This document shows positions 39,024-50,883 of a stretch of DNA of 64,000 nt, piece by piece. Every line of letters begins with the position of its first letter. Position 1 is the stretch's first letter. Source of the stretch: a bacterium (GTDB lineage Bacteria; CLD3; SB21); contig JABWCP010000001.1 in NCBI GenBank assembly GCA_013360215.1, forward strand, positions 153,144-217,143. Direction: 5' to 3'. Made by a program: the position numbers and the translations under genes. The notes under the pieces are model-generated. The model had not been told where the DNA came from. It ran no database searches and saw only the letters and a program-made list of their open reading frames with translations.

Positions 39024-40556
39024 TTATAAATTTGTTTCCCAAATTCCTTTAGCAACCATGTCGTACAATCGTTGTTGCCGCTGTCTGGCATTTTTATATA
39101 TCGCATTATCTTTTGGATGCGGCTTATATGTTTTTCCAAGAGGTACGGGAGCCATATCAATATTTTTGATAGCCCCTATTGATTCTAACGCCAAAATTGC
39201 CGCTCCACGCGCAGAGCCTTCGGCCTCACCTGATTGGGTGATCGGGAATCCGATCACATCTGCCGCAAGTTGTGTCAATGCTCCTGAATCAACAAAACCT
39301 CCTCCCGAAGCCAATATTTGCTTCACGGGCATTTGATTCTTTTTAAAGATTTCATAAATCGCTGCATAACGGTAACATAAGCTTTCCAATGTCACGCGTA
39401 AGATATCTTCACGCGTTGTGCTGAGATTAAAGCCGTTGATCATGCCGCGCGCATTTTGATGCCAACCGGTACTTCGTTCACCAGCCCAAAAAGGTAACAT
39501 TGTAAGACCATGTGCGCCCGGCTTGGTCGTGTTAAGTGCAGCATCCACGCTCTTTTTGCCGCCCTCGATCGCTAAGCGACTTAGCATCCACTTGCGTAAA
39601 TTACCACCATCACTCAAAGCGCCGCCCATCAGGAATCTCTTGCGGTCAACCCGATAGACCCAAAGTTCGGATGGAATAGTAACATCCTTCGCTTCCCACA
39701 TAACGCGAAGCGCACCGGAAGTACCCATAACTATACAAAGCTGATCTTTTTTCACTGCACCGGTACCCACGTTAGAACTGGCGCCGTCGCCAACGGCGGG
39801 AAGCCACGGGATCTGCGCCAAAGCCGGCCAGCGACGCGCATACTCTGATTTGAGTCCACGCAAAGGCGTATCCAAATCACCGAGTTCCCCGAGTTGGCCC
39901 GATTTGACCGGTAGCACGCTCAACATTTTGTCATCCCAGTTGCACGTGTTTTGGTTAAAAAGTCCCGTACCCGATGCCATCGAAATACCGCAAATTACTT
40001 TCCCAAAAAAGACATGATAGAGATATTCACCGATGGATAACCATGTTGTCGTGCGACGGAAATCTTCTTTATTATATTTATGCATCCACAATAATTTCGC
40101 AGGCAAATAACTGGGGTGAAGCACGCATCCGGTAAGGCGGTGTGCTTCTTCAGGATCAATGCGTTTACGAAGGTCGTCAATAACTATGCGTGGTCTGGTG
40201 TCAGCCCAATTAATGAGCGGAGTCGTTGGTTTTCCGCGCATATCAATGCCCATCATATTATGCCAAAAAGTATCAAACCCTACGGCTTTTATATCGTTGG
40301 CATCTTTTCCCATCGCTTCCATGATCGCATCAATGCACTGCGATGTTGCATCAACAATAAACTTAGGATCGGCAAAAACACCACCATCGGGCGTTACCTG
40401 CATCATATATCCTACCTGATGAACTAATTTTTTTACAGAGCGTCCTTGCGCGTCATATACTACCGCACGTGTGGAGGATGTGCCGATATCAATAGCTAGA
40501 ATTAACGGGCGATCAGCTTTTTTGAGCTTAACGGGTTCGTTAGAAAACATTTTCAT
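39024..40556 (-). CDS. gntK: FGGY-family carbohydrate kinase, gluconokinase-like
   Basis: IDIGTSSTRA, WADTR, HPSYLPAKLLW, SMASGTGL, GDGASSNVG, GTSGALR, GER. ATG 40556 follows GGAG; the ORF track extends to 40601. Confidence 0.8.
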   Translation of the reverse strand: MKMFSNEPVKLKKADRPLILAIDIGTSSTRAVVYDAQGRSVKKLVHQVGYMMQVTPDGGVFADPKFIVDATSQCIDAIMEAMGKDANDIKAVGFDTFWHNMMGIDMRGKPTTPLINWADTRPRIVIDDLRKRIDPEEAHRLTGCVLHPSYLPAKLLWMHKYNKEDFRRTTTWLSIGEYLYHVFFGKVICGISMASGTGLFNQNTCNWDDKMLSVLPVKSGQLGELGDLDTPLRGLKSEYARRWPALAQIPWLPAVGDGASSNVGTGAVKKDQLCIVMGTSGALRVMWEAKDVTIPSELWVYRVDRKRFLMGGALSDGGNLRKWMLSRLAIEGGKKSVDAALNTTKPGAHGLTMLPFWAGERSTGWHQNARGMINGFNLSTTREDILRVTLESLCYRYAAIYEIFKKNQMPVKQILASGGGFVDSGALTQLAADVIGFPITQSGEAEGSARGAAILALESIGAIKNIDMAPVPLGKTYKPHPKDNAIYKNARQRQQRLYDMVAKGIWETNL

Positions 40557-40838
40557 ACGCGTCTCCGGTGATGGTACAATTAGGATACGTAAGGCAGGCA
40601 ACTCATTTTAGCCATTTCCAAGAATGCCTTCAAGCAGAAAAAACATTCTTAAATGCAGTGATATTTTATGTGAAATGGTTTATTTATAGCAATTGATCAA
40701 GTCTTACTTGAATTGTCGTTCGTTCCGCCGCTTGACCTGAATACACTTGGATTCTATGGTGCGTGCTTTTGAAAAAATAACATGGTTTTTAAAATCGTGG
40801 CGACGGTTTGCCGGTATACTGATAAAAAAAATGCAGAA

Positions 40839-43800
40839 TTACGGCCGCTTGCGAACCGGTAAGTACACGATGAACTCCGAGCCTTTACCTACTTCGCTCC
40901 GCACTTCGATCTTGCCGTGATGCCGCTGAACAATCCCGTATGCTTCCGTTAGACCAAGCCCACGTCCCGACCCCACATCACGTGTTGTAAAAAACGGATC
41001 ATAAATTTTATCCATAACGGACGAAGACATGCCAATGCCATTATCGCGAATCGAAATGACAGCATATTCGTTTTGTTCATGCGCCTGTGTGGATGTGGAT
41101 AAATCAATTTGACCTTCTTTTAACCCTCTATCCTGTATAGCTTGCACCGCATTCGTGAGAATATTGACGAGGGCTTGATTTATTTCGGCCGTATTACAAT
41201 ATACGGCAGGAACTCCGGTATATTTTTTTTCAATCGTAACAAAATCATACTGCTTGATAAAAAGATCACAAATAATATCAAGATTGTCTTCTAAAGAAAT
41301 TAACTTCCAATCGGATTCATTGAGATTACTAAAACGTTTAAGGTTGTCAATGATAGCCTTAATACGCATGCCGCCTACCATCGAACCCTCAAGTGAAGGC
41401 ATCATCTCGGCATGTAATTTTTTAAACACACCGGAACCGTCATCCGGCCGATTTTTCAGCTGATCGCACGTTTCTTTGATCTGCTGTATATTACCTATTA
41501 CAAACGTAAGCGGGTTATTCACTTCGTGCGCAATACCGGCAACCATCTGCCCTAAGGAAGCCATTTTTTTGCTTTGGATGATCTGCGCTTGTTGTTCTCG
41601 AATCTGTTGATTTTTTATCGCCAACTGCGAGTTTTGTTCATCCAGCATTTTGTTTTTTTCAACCACTTCAAACGTACGCTCACGCACTTCGTTTTCCAGT
41701 TCACGCTTACGGAGTTCTATGGCGTATACACGCCGGCGGTATATAACATAGGTGACACTCAAAAGTAAAATAACTACCGTGATACGAAACCACCACGTCA
41801 TCCAAAATGGCGGATGGATCACTACCGCTATTTTAATTCCATCCGTATTCCATATATCATCATTATTTGATGCACGTACCCTAAACGTATAACTTCCCGG
41901 ATCAAGATTGGTATACGACGCGGTTCGTTTACTGCCAACAAAATTCCAATCTGTTTCAAAACCTTCCATAATATACGCGTACTGATTTTTCCCGGGAGCG
42001 CGGAAATTGAGGGCCGCAAATTCAAACGAAAAGACATAATCTTTGTACGACAAGTGAATTTCTTCTGTTTCTGATATGTGGATTGGAAATTCAAAATTAC
42101 GATTAAATTTCTGAAACCCCGTAACGGCTATTTGCGGAATAAAAGGATTATCGCGTACGCTGTCAGGATGAAAAACGTTGAAGCCGTTGATCCCTCCGAA
42201 ATACATCCATCCATCGCGCGCCTTGAGTCCAGCATTCATGCTAAATTCATTACTTTGCAAGCCATCATACACATCAAAATTACGAATGCGATTGTGCGCG
42301 GTAGGGCCACCGTTTTCAAAATTATTGATGTCAATACGAGACAACCCTTTGTTCGTACTAATCCACAAATGTCCATTACCGTCTTGCTGGATTGAAGCAA
42401 TGACATCGTTGGGTAAACCATGCTTCTCTGTGATTTGAAAAATTTTATCGTTGGAAGGATCAATACGATTTAATCCACCGCTGGTACCAACCCAAATCTT
42501 TCCTTGCGCGTCCTCGAGTATTGATACGATGGCATTATGACTCAGACTGTTCGGATTGGACGGATCATGCACAAAACGCGTGAACGCATACGTTTTCGGA
42601 TCCAGCCGCACAATACCTCCGCCGCTCGTTCCCACCCATATATATCCTCGGCTATCCTGCATCAATACCTGGACGCCATTGTCCGCTGGATTTCGACCGT
42701 CGTAACGTACGCGCCGAAATTCACCTTTTTTTTCGTCAAAAATTTGTAGCCCAATCGCGCGTGTACCAACCCATAATGTTCCTGAGGTATCTTCCAATAT
42801 GGCAAAAACGACATTATTGCTTTGCGCCGATGATATAGGATCTATTCGGTAATTTTTAAATTGCTCGGTCTTACGATCAAAACGACTCAGCCCTCCGCCA
42901 CGCGTACCTACCCATAGATTATGTTTGCGGTCTTCATAAATCACCGATACGCGATTATTACTGATACTCTTTGCATCGGCAGGATTATGTTTAAAGTGGC
43001 GGTAGGTCTGGTTTTTCGGATCATAACGATTTAGACCCGCGTCGTCGGTCCCGATCCAAATGATTCCCTCATGATCTTCGGCAAAACTAATCACAATATT
43101 TCCGCTGAGTCCTTGCGGTTGTGAAAGATCCAAGTGATAATGCTTAAATCGTTCTTTGTATGGGTCGTACATATTGACACCGCCACCATACGTGCCAAAC
43201 CATAAAATACCCATGCGATCTTCGCAAAAAGCATTTACAAAATTATTACTGATACTGGAGGGATCCGCGGGGTTATTACGATAATTATAAAACTTTTGGG
43301 TCGCCTTATCATGAATACTTACGCCCCCATTGGTGCAAACCCACAAACGGTCCTGACGGTCAAAATAAATTGATTTGATCCAATTATCCGCGATCGAATT
43401 GGGATCGGCTGAGTTATGGCGGAATATTTCAAATTCATCCGTTGCTACATTCCAGCGCGATAACCCGTTATTATTTGTACCAACCCACAAATAACCTTTA
43501 CGGTCTTCCGATAAAGCCCATATGCGTTCTTCGGGAACGGGCGAACGTTGCCCGGGCTTATACCGGTAACGGGTAAATTTTCCCGTAGCGCGATCCATTC
43601 TATTCAAGCCGCCACCATTGGTACCTATCCAAAAATTATTTTTTGAATCCTCGAAAACCGTCATGACATAATTATGACTCAGGCTTGTCGAGTCCTGCGG
43701 ATTGTTTTTATATGCAATAAAACGATCTGTTGCACGATCATACTTGCAAAGGCCGGCGTAACGCGTCCCAACCCATAGCACACCGGCGCGGTCTACATAC

Positions 43801-44213
43801 AATGCCCACACGCGGTTATCACTGATTGAGTGTGGATCGTCGGCTATATTACGATAGGATTTGAACTTTTGAGTCTTACGATCAAATCGGTTTAATCCTC
43901 CGCCGTTAGTACCGATCCACAGGTTTTCTTCTTTGTCCTCAATAATCGACCAAACGTAGTTTTCTGATATCGTCGTCGAATCGCGCGGATCATGGCGAAA
44001 AACGGTAAAACCGTATCCATCATAGCGATTGAGCCCGTCCATCGTACCGATCCACAAAAATCCTTTGTGGTCTTGATAAATCGAAAAAACTTTACTTTGC
44101 GACAGGCCTTCTCCGATGGATAGGCGTTCGAATTTAATACGATCCGATTGGGCGAGCACAATCGTGCCACTCCAACAAATCCAAACTATAAGTTGAACGA
44201 TATGTTTTTTCAT
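40839..44213 (-). CDS. Beta-propeller (Reg_prop)/Y_Y_Y sensor histidine kinase 1, no receiver domain
   Basis: Signal peptide, many D..G.LWIGT.GGL repeats, YTNLDPGSY, PPFW TM, GIAHEVNNPL, PFFTT, GRGLGL. Confidence 0.93.
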   Translation of the reverse strand: MKKHIVQLIVWICWSGTIVLAQSDRIKFERLSIGEGLSQSKVFSIYQDHKGFLWIGTMDGLNRYDGYGFTVFRHDPRDSTTISENYVWSIIEDKEENLWIGTNGGGLNRFDRKTQKFKSYRNIADDPHSISDNRVWALYVDRAGVLWVGTRYAGLCKYDRATDRFIAYKNNPQDSTSLSHNYVMTVFEDSKNNFWIGTNGGGLNRMDRATGKFTRYRYKPGQRSPVPEERIWALSEDRKGYLWVGTNNNGLSRWNVATDEFEIFRHNSADPNSIADNWIKSIYFDRQDRLWVCTNGGVSIHDKATQKFYNYRNNPADPSSISNNFVNAFCEDRMGILWFGTYGGGVNMYDPYKERFKHYHLDLSQPQGLSGNIVISFAEDHEGIIWIGTDDAGLNRYDPKNQTYRHFKHNPADAKSISNNRVSVIYEDRKHNLWVGTRGGGLSRFDRKTEQFKNYRIDPISSAQSNNVVFAILEDTSGTLWVGTRAIGLQIFDEKKGEFRRVRYDGRNPADNGVQVLMQDSRGYIWVGTSGGGIVRLDPKTYAFTRFVHDPSNPNSLSHNAIVSILEDAQGKIWVGTSGGLNRIDPSNDKIFQITEKHGLPNDVIASIQQDGNGHLWISTNKGLSRIDINNFENGGPTAHNRIRNFDVYDGLQSNEFSMNAGLKARDGWMYFGGINGFNVFHPDSVRDNPFIPQIAVTGFQKFNRNFEFPIHISETEEIHLSYKDYVFSFEFAALNFRAPGKNQYAYIMEGFETDWNFVGSKRTASYTNLDPGSYTFRVRASNNDDIWNTDGIKIAVVIHPPFWMTWWFRITVVILLLSVTYVIYRRRVYAIELRKRELENEVRERTFEVVEKNKMLDEQNSQLAIKNQQIREQQAQIIQSKKMASLGQMVAGIAHEVNNPLTFVIGNIQQIKETCDQLKNRPDDGSGVFKKLHAEMMPSLEGSMVGGMRIKAIIDNLKRFSNLNESDWKLISLEDNLDIICDLFIKQYDFVTIEKKYTGVPAVYCNTAEINQALVNILTNAVQAIQDRGLKEGQIDLSTSTQAHEQNEYAVISIRDNGIGMSSSVMDKIYDPFFTTRDVGSGRGLGLTEAYGIVQRHHGKIEVRSEVGKGSEFIVYLPVRKRP

Positions 44214-47200
44214 CAGGATACGCGCTTTATAACCGGGAGGCTGATAATAAATTCAGAGCCTTTACCTTCTTCACTTATCACTTCGATATCACCATTATGT
44301 TTCTTTACAATACCATAACTGATGGATAAACCCAGACCCATTCCTTTACCAATTTCTTTCGTTGTAAAAAACGGATCAAATATACTTTTAGCCATCGATG
44401 GATGCATACCGATACCATTATCTTTGATATGGATGCGAATATTATTTTCTGACAGAACTGTTTTAATAGTGATAATACCCTCGTTTGGAATAGCCTCGAT
44501 GGCATTGGTTAAAATATTAAGAAATACCTGGTTGAGCAAACCGGGATAACAATCAAGCATGGGAATTGTACCGAACTGCTTATGGACGGTTATGCGGTCG
44601 CTCAACATGGACTTTAAAACAGTCAGAGTGGACTCAATCCCCTCGTGCAAGTCGGCCGGGATAAATCCCATCGCATCGGTACGCGAAAATTTACGCAAAT
44701 CCTGAACGATATGTTTGATACGTTGACTGCCATTTTTACAAGAGTCGAGTATCTTCATTGTTTCCTGTCGGACATATTCGTATTCATGCCGTTCGCGAAT
44801 TTCCATCATACCCAATTTAATTTTCTCAGGATCGGCCGATTCGATAAGTCGCTCGTACTCCGTGATGATGTGGTCCCAGCGCAGTACGTTTTCTTCGAGC
44901 AGGTGGAGATTGCCATCTACAACCGTCAGCGGATTATTGATCTCATGGGCGATACCGGCCACCATTTGACCGAGCGATGCCATTTTTTCGGCATGCACCA
45001 GTTGGGATTGTGTTTCGTTGAGTTCCTGCAACGTTTTTTCGAGTTGGGAATTTATGGTTTTCAAATCGTCGCGTTGTGCTTTGATTTCACGCGTCCGGTT
45101 GGACACTTCGACTTCAAGTTTATTTTTTTGAAGTTCGATAACACGCACACGGTAGCGTATAAATGCCCACAGCAGTCCCATAAGCGTACTAAAACTCAAT
45201 GCGATAAACCACCACGTTTTCCAAAAAGGCGGAATAATCCGTATCGGAATCGAAATACCCTGCTCATTCCAAACGCCGTCATTATTGGATCCGCGTACAT
45301 AAAAGACATAATTGCCTGCATCCAGGTTCGTATAATTCACATAGCGGCGTGTACCCGCAAGGATCCAGTTTTTATCGAATCCTTCTAATTTGTATGCATA
45401 CTGATTTTTGGCCGGCTCTGTAAAATCAAGCGAAGCAAATTCAAATGAGAAGTCTTCATTGTAATCAAGGGTAATCGGATCATGGCGGTACACCGATTCA
45501 ATATAGGCGTCAACAAATGCTTTATCGGATTTGTGCATTGTTTTGAATGCCGTTAATACGATTTGCGGAATATGCGGATTGTCCATCGCAAGTTTAGGGT
45601 AAAAACGATTAAAGCCGTTGGTCCCGCCGAAAAATATTTCTCCGCTGCGGCTTTTGTAGTAACTGCCATATTTGAATTCATTATTTTGAAGCCCGTCACT
45701 TTCATCAAAATTACGAAACATCAGTTTTTCCGATTTGTCATTCTCATCTTGGATCAGACGTGCACGGGACAAACCTTGGACCGTGCTGATCCAAAGATTG
45801 CCATGTTCGTCCGGCAATATCGCATATACGTAGTTATCCGGAAGCCCGTCTTTTTCGTAATAGTTATAAAACTTCAAGCTACCGTCCGTAGTGCGTACGA
45901 TACGATTGAGTCCTGAGCTGGCGCCGATCCAAATATTTTTGTCCGAATCTTCGGAAATCGCAAAAATAACATCACTACCCAATGAAGAATTACTTTCCCC
46001 TCGCCCGGCGATACGTTTAAAGGACGCATAACCCGTGCGATCCTGAACGGCATCCAACCGATTGAGCCCTCCGCCAAATGTACCAACCCAAATCTTATCT
46101 TCCGAATCCATCAGTATAGAGCTGACTTCATTATGGCTCAAACTCTGCGGGCGATGAGGCTCATTGCGATAATGAACAAATATTTCTTTTCCGTTTTCTA
46201 CGATCAATTTATCCAGGCCGTTGCCGAAAGTTCCTATCCACAGTTGATTGTATTTATCGCTCAACAGTACGGATATGTCGTTAGCTGCGATACTCAGCGA
46301 ATCCTGCGGACGATGTTGGTACACGGTAAACCGATTTGTTCGGCGATCAAATTTATTTAATCCGCCGCCTTCGGTACCAAGCCATATCATTCCGTTTTTA
46401 TCTTCCGCAATGGTTCGCACTTCGTTGCTACTCAGACTGCCCGGCCCGGCGCGGTATGCCGTAAAACGATCGGTACCGGCATCATATCGATTGAGTCCGT
46501 CGTGCGTACCGATCCACAAAATCCCATCGCTATCCTCCCAAAACGAACGGACAATATTATTGATCAAGCTGTTGGGATTATCCGGTTTGTGACGTATGTG
46601 ATTAAATTTGACCGGCTTCAAATCAAGTTTGTTCAAACCGCCGCCGCCGTATGTACCGATCCACAGATTGCCCGACCGGTCTTCGCATAACGCTCGGATT
46701 TCATTATCGGACAACGACGACGCATCGTTGGGATTGTGTCGAAAAAATATTTTGGTATTACTGTTAAAGTCTATCCGATCCAATCCCAAACGAGTCCCGA
46801 CCCATACGATATTTTGTCGATCGACCATCACAGTTACAATATCGGCATGTGTTGTGGACGCATCATTACCGGAATGAACAGGTATTTTTTCAAAAACAGG
46901 ATTCAGAATGTTCTTGCGGTCTAATTTGCAAAGACCACCGTCTTCCGTACCGATCCAAATATTATTATTAGCGTCTTTAAACAAAGCTGTAATATTATTG
47001 GATGGGAGTCCCGAACCGCCCTGCTTATCGGCAAAGTAACGTATTATTTCACCGTTGGTTATTTTATTAAGTCCCTGCTGCGTACCGATCCAGATATCGC
47101 CATTCTCATCATCCGTGATCGCTGTAATCCACGAATGTGAAATGGAATTGGCTACTTGACTGCTGCTAAAATACCGCACAAACCGCATTGCAGTCTCGGT

Positions 47201-47707
47201 TCGCATCGAATCGTACGGAATGACGTTGAGGCCATTTTTGGTGCCCACCCAGATATTGCCATGCCGGTCCTCCATAATCGCCGTAATCGAATTATGACTT
47301 ATCGTACGTTGATTTTCAGGATCCGAAATCATGTGCTTAAATTTTTTTCGAGCCCGATCAAAACGGTTCAAACCTTTATTTAAGGTACCGACCCAAAAAT
47401 TATGATTTCGATCTTCATACAATGCCGTGATCCAATTATCGGAAATAGATTCCGGATCCGTAGGACTTGATTTGTACACCGTAAAACGATATCCGTCATA
47501 TTGGTTGAGGCCATTGCGCGAGCCGAACCACATCAAACCGGTGTGATCTTGCAAAATCACGCCGACAGTGCTCTGCGATAAACCCTGATCGCCGGACAGA
47601 TGCTCAAACTTCATATTTATCTGTTGCGAAAAAACATCATGCGGAGCGCCCATCCCAACGAAAACCAACATCACGCCGATGCTTCGAAAAAACTTTTGGT
47701 ACTGCAT
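44213..47707 (-). CDS. Beta-propeller/Y_Y_Y sensor histidine kinase 2, no receiver domain
   Basis: Same architecture; GIAHEINNPL, PFFTTK, GMGLGL. Its TGA overlaps the ATG of the next gene. Confidence 0.93.
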   Translation of the reverse strand: MQYQKFFRSIGVMLVFVGMGAPHDVFSQQINMKFEHLSGDQGLSQSTVGVILQDHTGLMWFGSRNGLNQYDGYRFTVYKSSPTDPESISDNWITALYEDRNHNFWVGTLNKGLNRFDRARKKFKHMISDPENQRTISHNSITAIMEDRHGNIWVGTKNGLNVIPYDSMRTETAMRFVRYFSSSQVANSISHSWITAITDDENGDIWIGTQQGLNKITNGEIIRYFADKQGGSGLPSNNITALFKDANNNIWIGTEDGGLCKLDRKNILNPVFEKIPVHSGNDASTTHADIVTVMVDRQNIVWVGTRLGLDRIDFNSNTKIFFRHNPNDASSLSDNEIRALCEDRSGNLWIGTYGGGGLNKLDLKPVKFNHIRHKPDNPNSLINNIVRSFWEDSDGILWIGTHDGLNRYDAGTDRFTAYRAGPGSLSSNEVRTIAEDKNGMIWLGTEGGGLNKFDRRTNRFTVYQHRPQDSLSIAANDISVLLSDKYNQLWIGTFGNGLDKLIVENGKEIFVHYRNEPHRPQSLSHNEVSSILMDSEDKIWVGTFGGGLNRLDAVQDRTGYASFKRIAGRGESNSSLGSDVIFAISEDSDKNIWIGASSGLNRIVRTTDGSLKFYNYYEKDGLPDNYVYAILPDEHGNLWISTVQGLSRARLIQDENDKSEKLMFRNFDESDGLQNNEFKYGSYYKSRSGEIFFGGTNGFNRFYPKLAMDNPHIPQIVLTAFKTMHKSDKAFVDAYIESVYRHDPITLDYNEDFSFEFASLDFTEPAKNQYAYKLEGFDKNWILAGTRRYVNYTNLDAGNYVFYVRGSNNDGVWNEQGISIPIRIIPPFWKTWWFIALSFSTLMGLLWAFIRYRVRVIELQKNKLEVEVSNRTREIKAQRDDLKTINSQLEKTLQELNETQSQLVHAEKMASLGQMVAGIAHEINNPLTVVDGNLHLLEENVLRWDHIITEYERLIESADPEKIKLGMMEIRERHEYEYVRQETMKILDSCKNGSQRIKHIVQDLRKFSRTDAMGFIPADLHEGIESTLTVLKSMLSDRITVHKQFGTIPMLDCYPGLLNQVFLNILTNAIEAIPNEGIITIKTVLSENNIRIHIKDNGIGMHPSMAKSIFDPFFTTKEIGKGMGLGLSISYGIVKKHNGDIEVISEEGKGSEFIISLPVIKRVS

Positions 47708-47712
47708 ATAGG

Positions 47713-50700
47713 TTAAACCTTAACCTTTAGATTTTTATCCGATTGTTTGTCCGCCCGCGGCAAACTAAAACTGAAGGTCGAACCTTGCCCTTTGTTGCTG
47801 CGAACCAAGGTCTGACCATTATGAATTTCGATAATTTTCTTTACGATAGCCAGCCCCAAGCCTGTACTGGATTCTCCGGCCGTGGGTTTGGCGCTCAGGC
47901 GTTTAAAGCTCATAAATACGGTTTGTTTATCTTCGTCACTAAGGCCTTGACCGGTATCTTCAACGTGCGTTACCACATCCTGATCACGCACTTCATGATA
48001 CACACGCACTTTACCGCCGGGATACGTATATTTGATCGCATTATTGATAAGATTATCCACAACCGATTTTATTTTTTCACGATCCATCAATGTATCCGGT
48101 AAAGTCGGATCATATTCGTAATCCATGGCGATATTTTTTTGATTCGCGGCACGCCGATGCAACGGTTCCGCATCGCGAATAATAGTACCCAGATTGTCCG
48201 GCAAAACTTCTAACCGGATTTTGCCCGACTCAATAGCCGAGATGTCCAGCAATTCTCGTATGAAATGCGACATCTGATGCGATATGCGGGAAATACGGAC
48301 TAGATCTTTTACGGCTTCTTTCGGTTTGAATGTATCCGTTTCCGCATCGGCGATCAAAAGATCAATATATCCCATAATCGTTGTCAAAGGACTACGCAAA
48401 TCGTGTGCTACAATACCCAAATATTCGTTCTTTTTTTCGTTCAGATTTTCTAATTCCACATTTTTTTGTTTCAATTCCGCGGTCCGCTGCTGAATGATGC
48501 GTTCGAGATTGTCATTGGCAAGTACCAATCGCCGCTCACGATAATGAATTATCACATAAATACATAAGAAAACTAAGGCCGTATAAAAGCCAAACGCCCA
48601 CCATGATTTGAACCACGGAGATCGTATGACGAACCGCAATTGATCTTCGACACTGACTTGTTCGTAGAGATTGCGTGCACGCACCCTAAATCGAAATACT
48701 CCGTCCGGCAAATTGGTATAATCTTTACGAAACTCCGTTGACCACTCCGACCAACCCGGGTCAAAACCTTCGAGATAGTATTGAAATTGATTGGATCCGT
48801 CGCGTTCGTAGCTGCTGGCCGAAAATTCAAATCGGATATTATTGTCATAGTGCGCCAACATAACATGCCGTGATGTATCCGATAAAATCGGAATATTCTG
48901 TCTCTGGTCATTCATCACCACTGCTTTGCGTATCAGTGCATAAAATTCCGAATCCCACGCATATTGGATATTGCCGTCATAACGGATAAGTCCGTCCGCA
49001 CCGCCAAACCAGATGATGTTGCCCGATTCCGGATACGGTATATTGACGCGAAAGTCCGATATTCGCAGAAACGGATTTCTTACGGTATAAGAAATCGCAC
49101 GCGATGACGAGGCGGCATGTAAAATTTCAAATCGTTCTCCCACTTGGGCGGTCATCCACAAACCGAACTGCGGATGCTGCAAAAAGTGATGAACTACTGT
49201 TGCGCTGTCCGACAATAACGGACCAAAAAGAGTTTCACGCACAAAGTGATTATGATCCACATCGTAACGAAAAAGCCCTGATGTCGTCCCGACCAAGGGT
49301 CTCCCGTCCACTTCATACATATACATTTCGCCGATGGGTAAACCGTTAGCTCGGTCATAACGGGTAACCGGCCAGTTGAGTGAATCCCCTTCGCGTTTGA
49401 GGTGAATGACGCCTTTGAAACGCGTACCGAGCCACAAATCACCATTCAAAGACTCGGCGATCGTTCGAACTTCCTCTTTGATCGTACGATGTTCCTCGAC
49501 GCGCACCCATTGTTCTTTATCAATCCGGCACAACGCTAATCCGTCGGACAAACCAACCCACACCTGATTTGGGTTTCGTTTGGATCGCATCATATTTCGC
49601 ACCGAACGATTATCCACCATTTGTGCCTGCTGACCGGTAATCCTGAAAACACCTTGTGCCGTACCCGCAAATAATGAAACCTCATTATCCACAAAAGACC
49701 AGCACTGCGCCGTGATACCGGCGATCGGCTCAAATTTCCATATTTCCTGACTGGATGAAAGCGGAACATCCTTTTCCGGGGATGAGGGATAACGATTCAA
49801 ACGGTACACCCCCCGGCTGGTGCCCACATAAAGCGTATTATTCCAACGCGTCAATGAAAGCACAGTCCCACGCAATCCGTGTAATTCACTAAATCGCGAA
49901 TACGGACTGCCGATTTCAACCCGCGCAATGCCGTTATTCATGGCCAGCCATAATATGCCATTGTGATCAACGTACGTCGCCCAAATATTGTCATCCAATA
50001 ATCCGGAACTTTTATCTACTCTGCGAATAAAACTACCATCTTCGGATAATTCAACAACACCGCCCAAAATTGTCCCCAAAACCATATTACCGTTTTTCAG
50101 TTTTGATGCATAATACAACTGATGTTGAATAAGCCAATCATCAACCGAAGTTTTCATTGCAGCAAAACTGCTGCGTGTTGCAACAAAAAGATTTTTCTCG
50201 CGCGTTGCGATCAGAAACCGTCCGTCTTTAAACGGCAGCATACCATAAATACGCAAATTCGCAAACTCTTTACCATACGGCAATAGATGCAGCGTATCCT
50301 GATCTATTATGTATAAGCCGCGCTTGTCCTGTCTCACAAAAATCGTATTATGGATAAGATAGGAACGGTGAAACTGAGTATCAGATATAATAGCTTTGAC
50401 AAAGTGATACGAGCCGTCGGCGGCGCGTCGAAAAACGAAAAAATATTTATTGCTACGAAAATAAATTTTATCAGCAATACAGCTAATTTCCCAGATATCG
50501 GTAATTCCTTTGAACGACGAATCCAGTGATGCGCTCAGCGAATAATATTGACGAATACCCGTCGAATCTGTTTTGAGTATTCCAAACTCGCCGACCGCTC
50601 CGACATAAATCGTTCCCACCTCATCTACGGCCAAAGCACGGATCGACGTTCGATTAGGAGCAGGGATCAGACGCCAGCGGATTCCGTCGAACTCCAATAC

Positions 50701-50883
50701 GCCGTCATTGTTTCCGAAATACATTAGTCCGCGATGATCCTGTACAATAGACCAGTTTTGTGATTGTGCGCGGTACTCTTGGGGAAAGTAATTGCGGATG
50801 AACGGTTCGCCTTGCTCATCTTGCGCCGCAAGCGGCGAAAAATAAATCAAACAAAGCAGGCTGTACATTATTGTGGATTTCAT
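47713..50883 (-). CDS. Beta-propeller/Y_Y_Y sensor histidine kinase 3 (different propeller subfamily)
   Basis: QNWSIVQD..GLMYFGNNDGVLEFDG, YTNLPDG, VAHDLRSPL, NLINNAIKY, GESSTGLGL. ATG 50883 overlaps the upstream TGA. Confidence 0.93.
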   Translation of the reverse strand: MKSTIMYSLLCLIYFSPLAAQDEQGEPFIRNYFPQEYRAQSQNWSIVQDHRGLMYFGNNDGVLEFDGIRWRLIPAPNRTSIRALAVDEVGTIYVGAVGEFGILKTDSTGIRQYYSLSASLDSSFKGITDIWEISCIADKIYFRSNKYFFVFRRAADGSYHFVKAIISDTQFHRSYLIHNTIFVRQDKRGLYIIDQDTLHLLPYGKEFANLRIYGMLPFKDGRFLIATREKNLFVATRSSFAAMKTSVDDWLIQHQLYYASKLKNGNMVLGTILGGVVELSEDGSFIRRVDKSSGLLDDNIWATYVDHNGILWLAMNNGIARVEIGSPYSRFSELHGLRGTVLSLTRWNNTLYVGTSRGVYRLNRYPSSPEKDVPLSSSQEIWKFEPIAGITAQCWSFVDNEVSLFAGTAQGVFRITGQQAQMVDNRSVRNMMRSKRNPNQVWVGLSDGLALCRIDKEQWVRVEEHRTIKEEVRTIAESLNGDLWLGTRFKGVIHLKREGDSLNWPVTRYDRANGLPIGEMYMYEVDGRPLVGTTSGLFRYDVDHNHFVRETLFGPLLSDSATVVHHFLQHPQFGLWMTAQVGERFEILHAASSSRAISYTVRNPFLRISDFRVNIPYPESGNIIWFGGADGLIRYDGNIQYAWDSEFYALIRKAVVMNDQRQNIPILSDTSRHVMLAHYDNNIRFEFSASSYERDGSNQFQYYLEGFDPGWSEWSTEFRKDYTNLPDGVFRFRVRARNLYEQVSVEDQLRFVIRSPWFKSWWAFGFYTALVFLCIYVIIHYRERRLVLANDNLERIIQQRTAELKQKNVELENLNEKKNEYLGIVAHDLRSPLTTIMGYIDLLIADAETDTFKPKEAVKDLVRISRISHQMSHFIRELLDISAIESGKIRLEVLPDNLGTIIRDAEPLHRRAANQKNIAMDYEYDPTLPDTLMDREKIKSVVDNLINNAIKYTYPGGKVRVYHEVRDQDVVTHVEDTGQGLSDEDKQTVFMSFKRLSAKPTAGESSTGLGLAIVKKIIEIHNGQTLVRSNKGQGSTFSFSLPRADKQSDKNLKVKV

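Noticed and set aside
44645-45388. 247-aa plus-strand ORF
   Set aside because: Antisense shadow of kinase 2; no independent coding signal.
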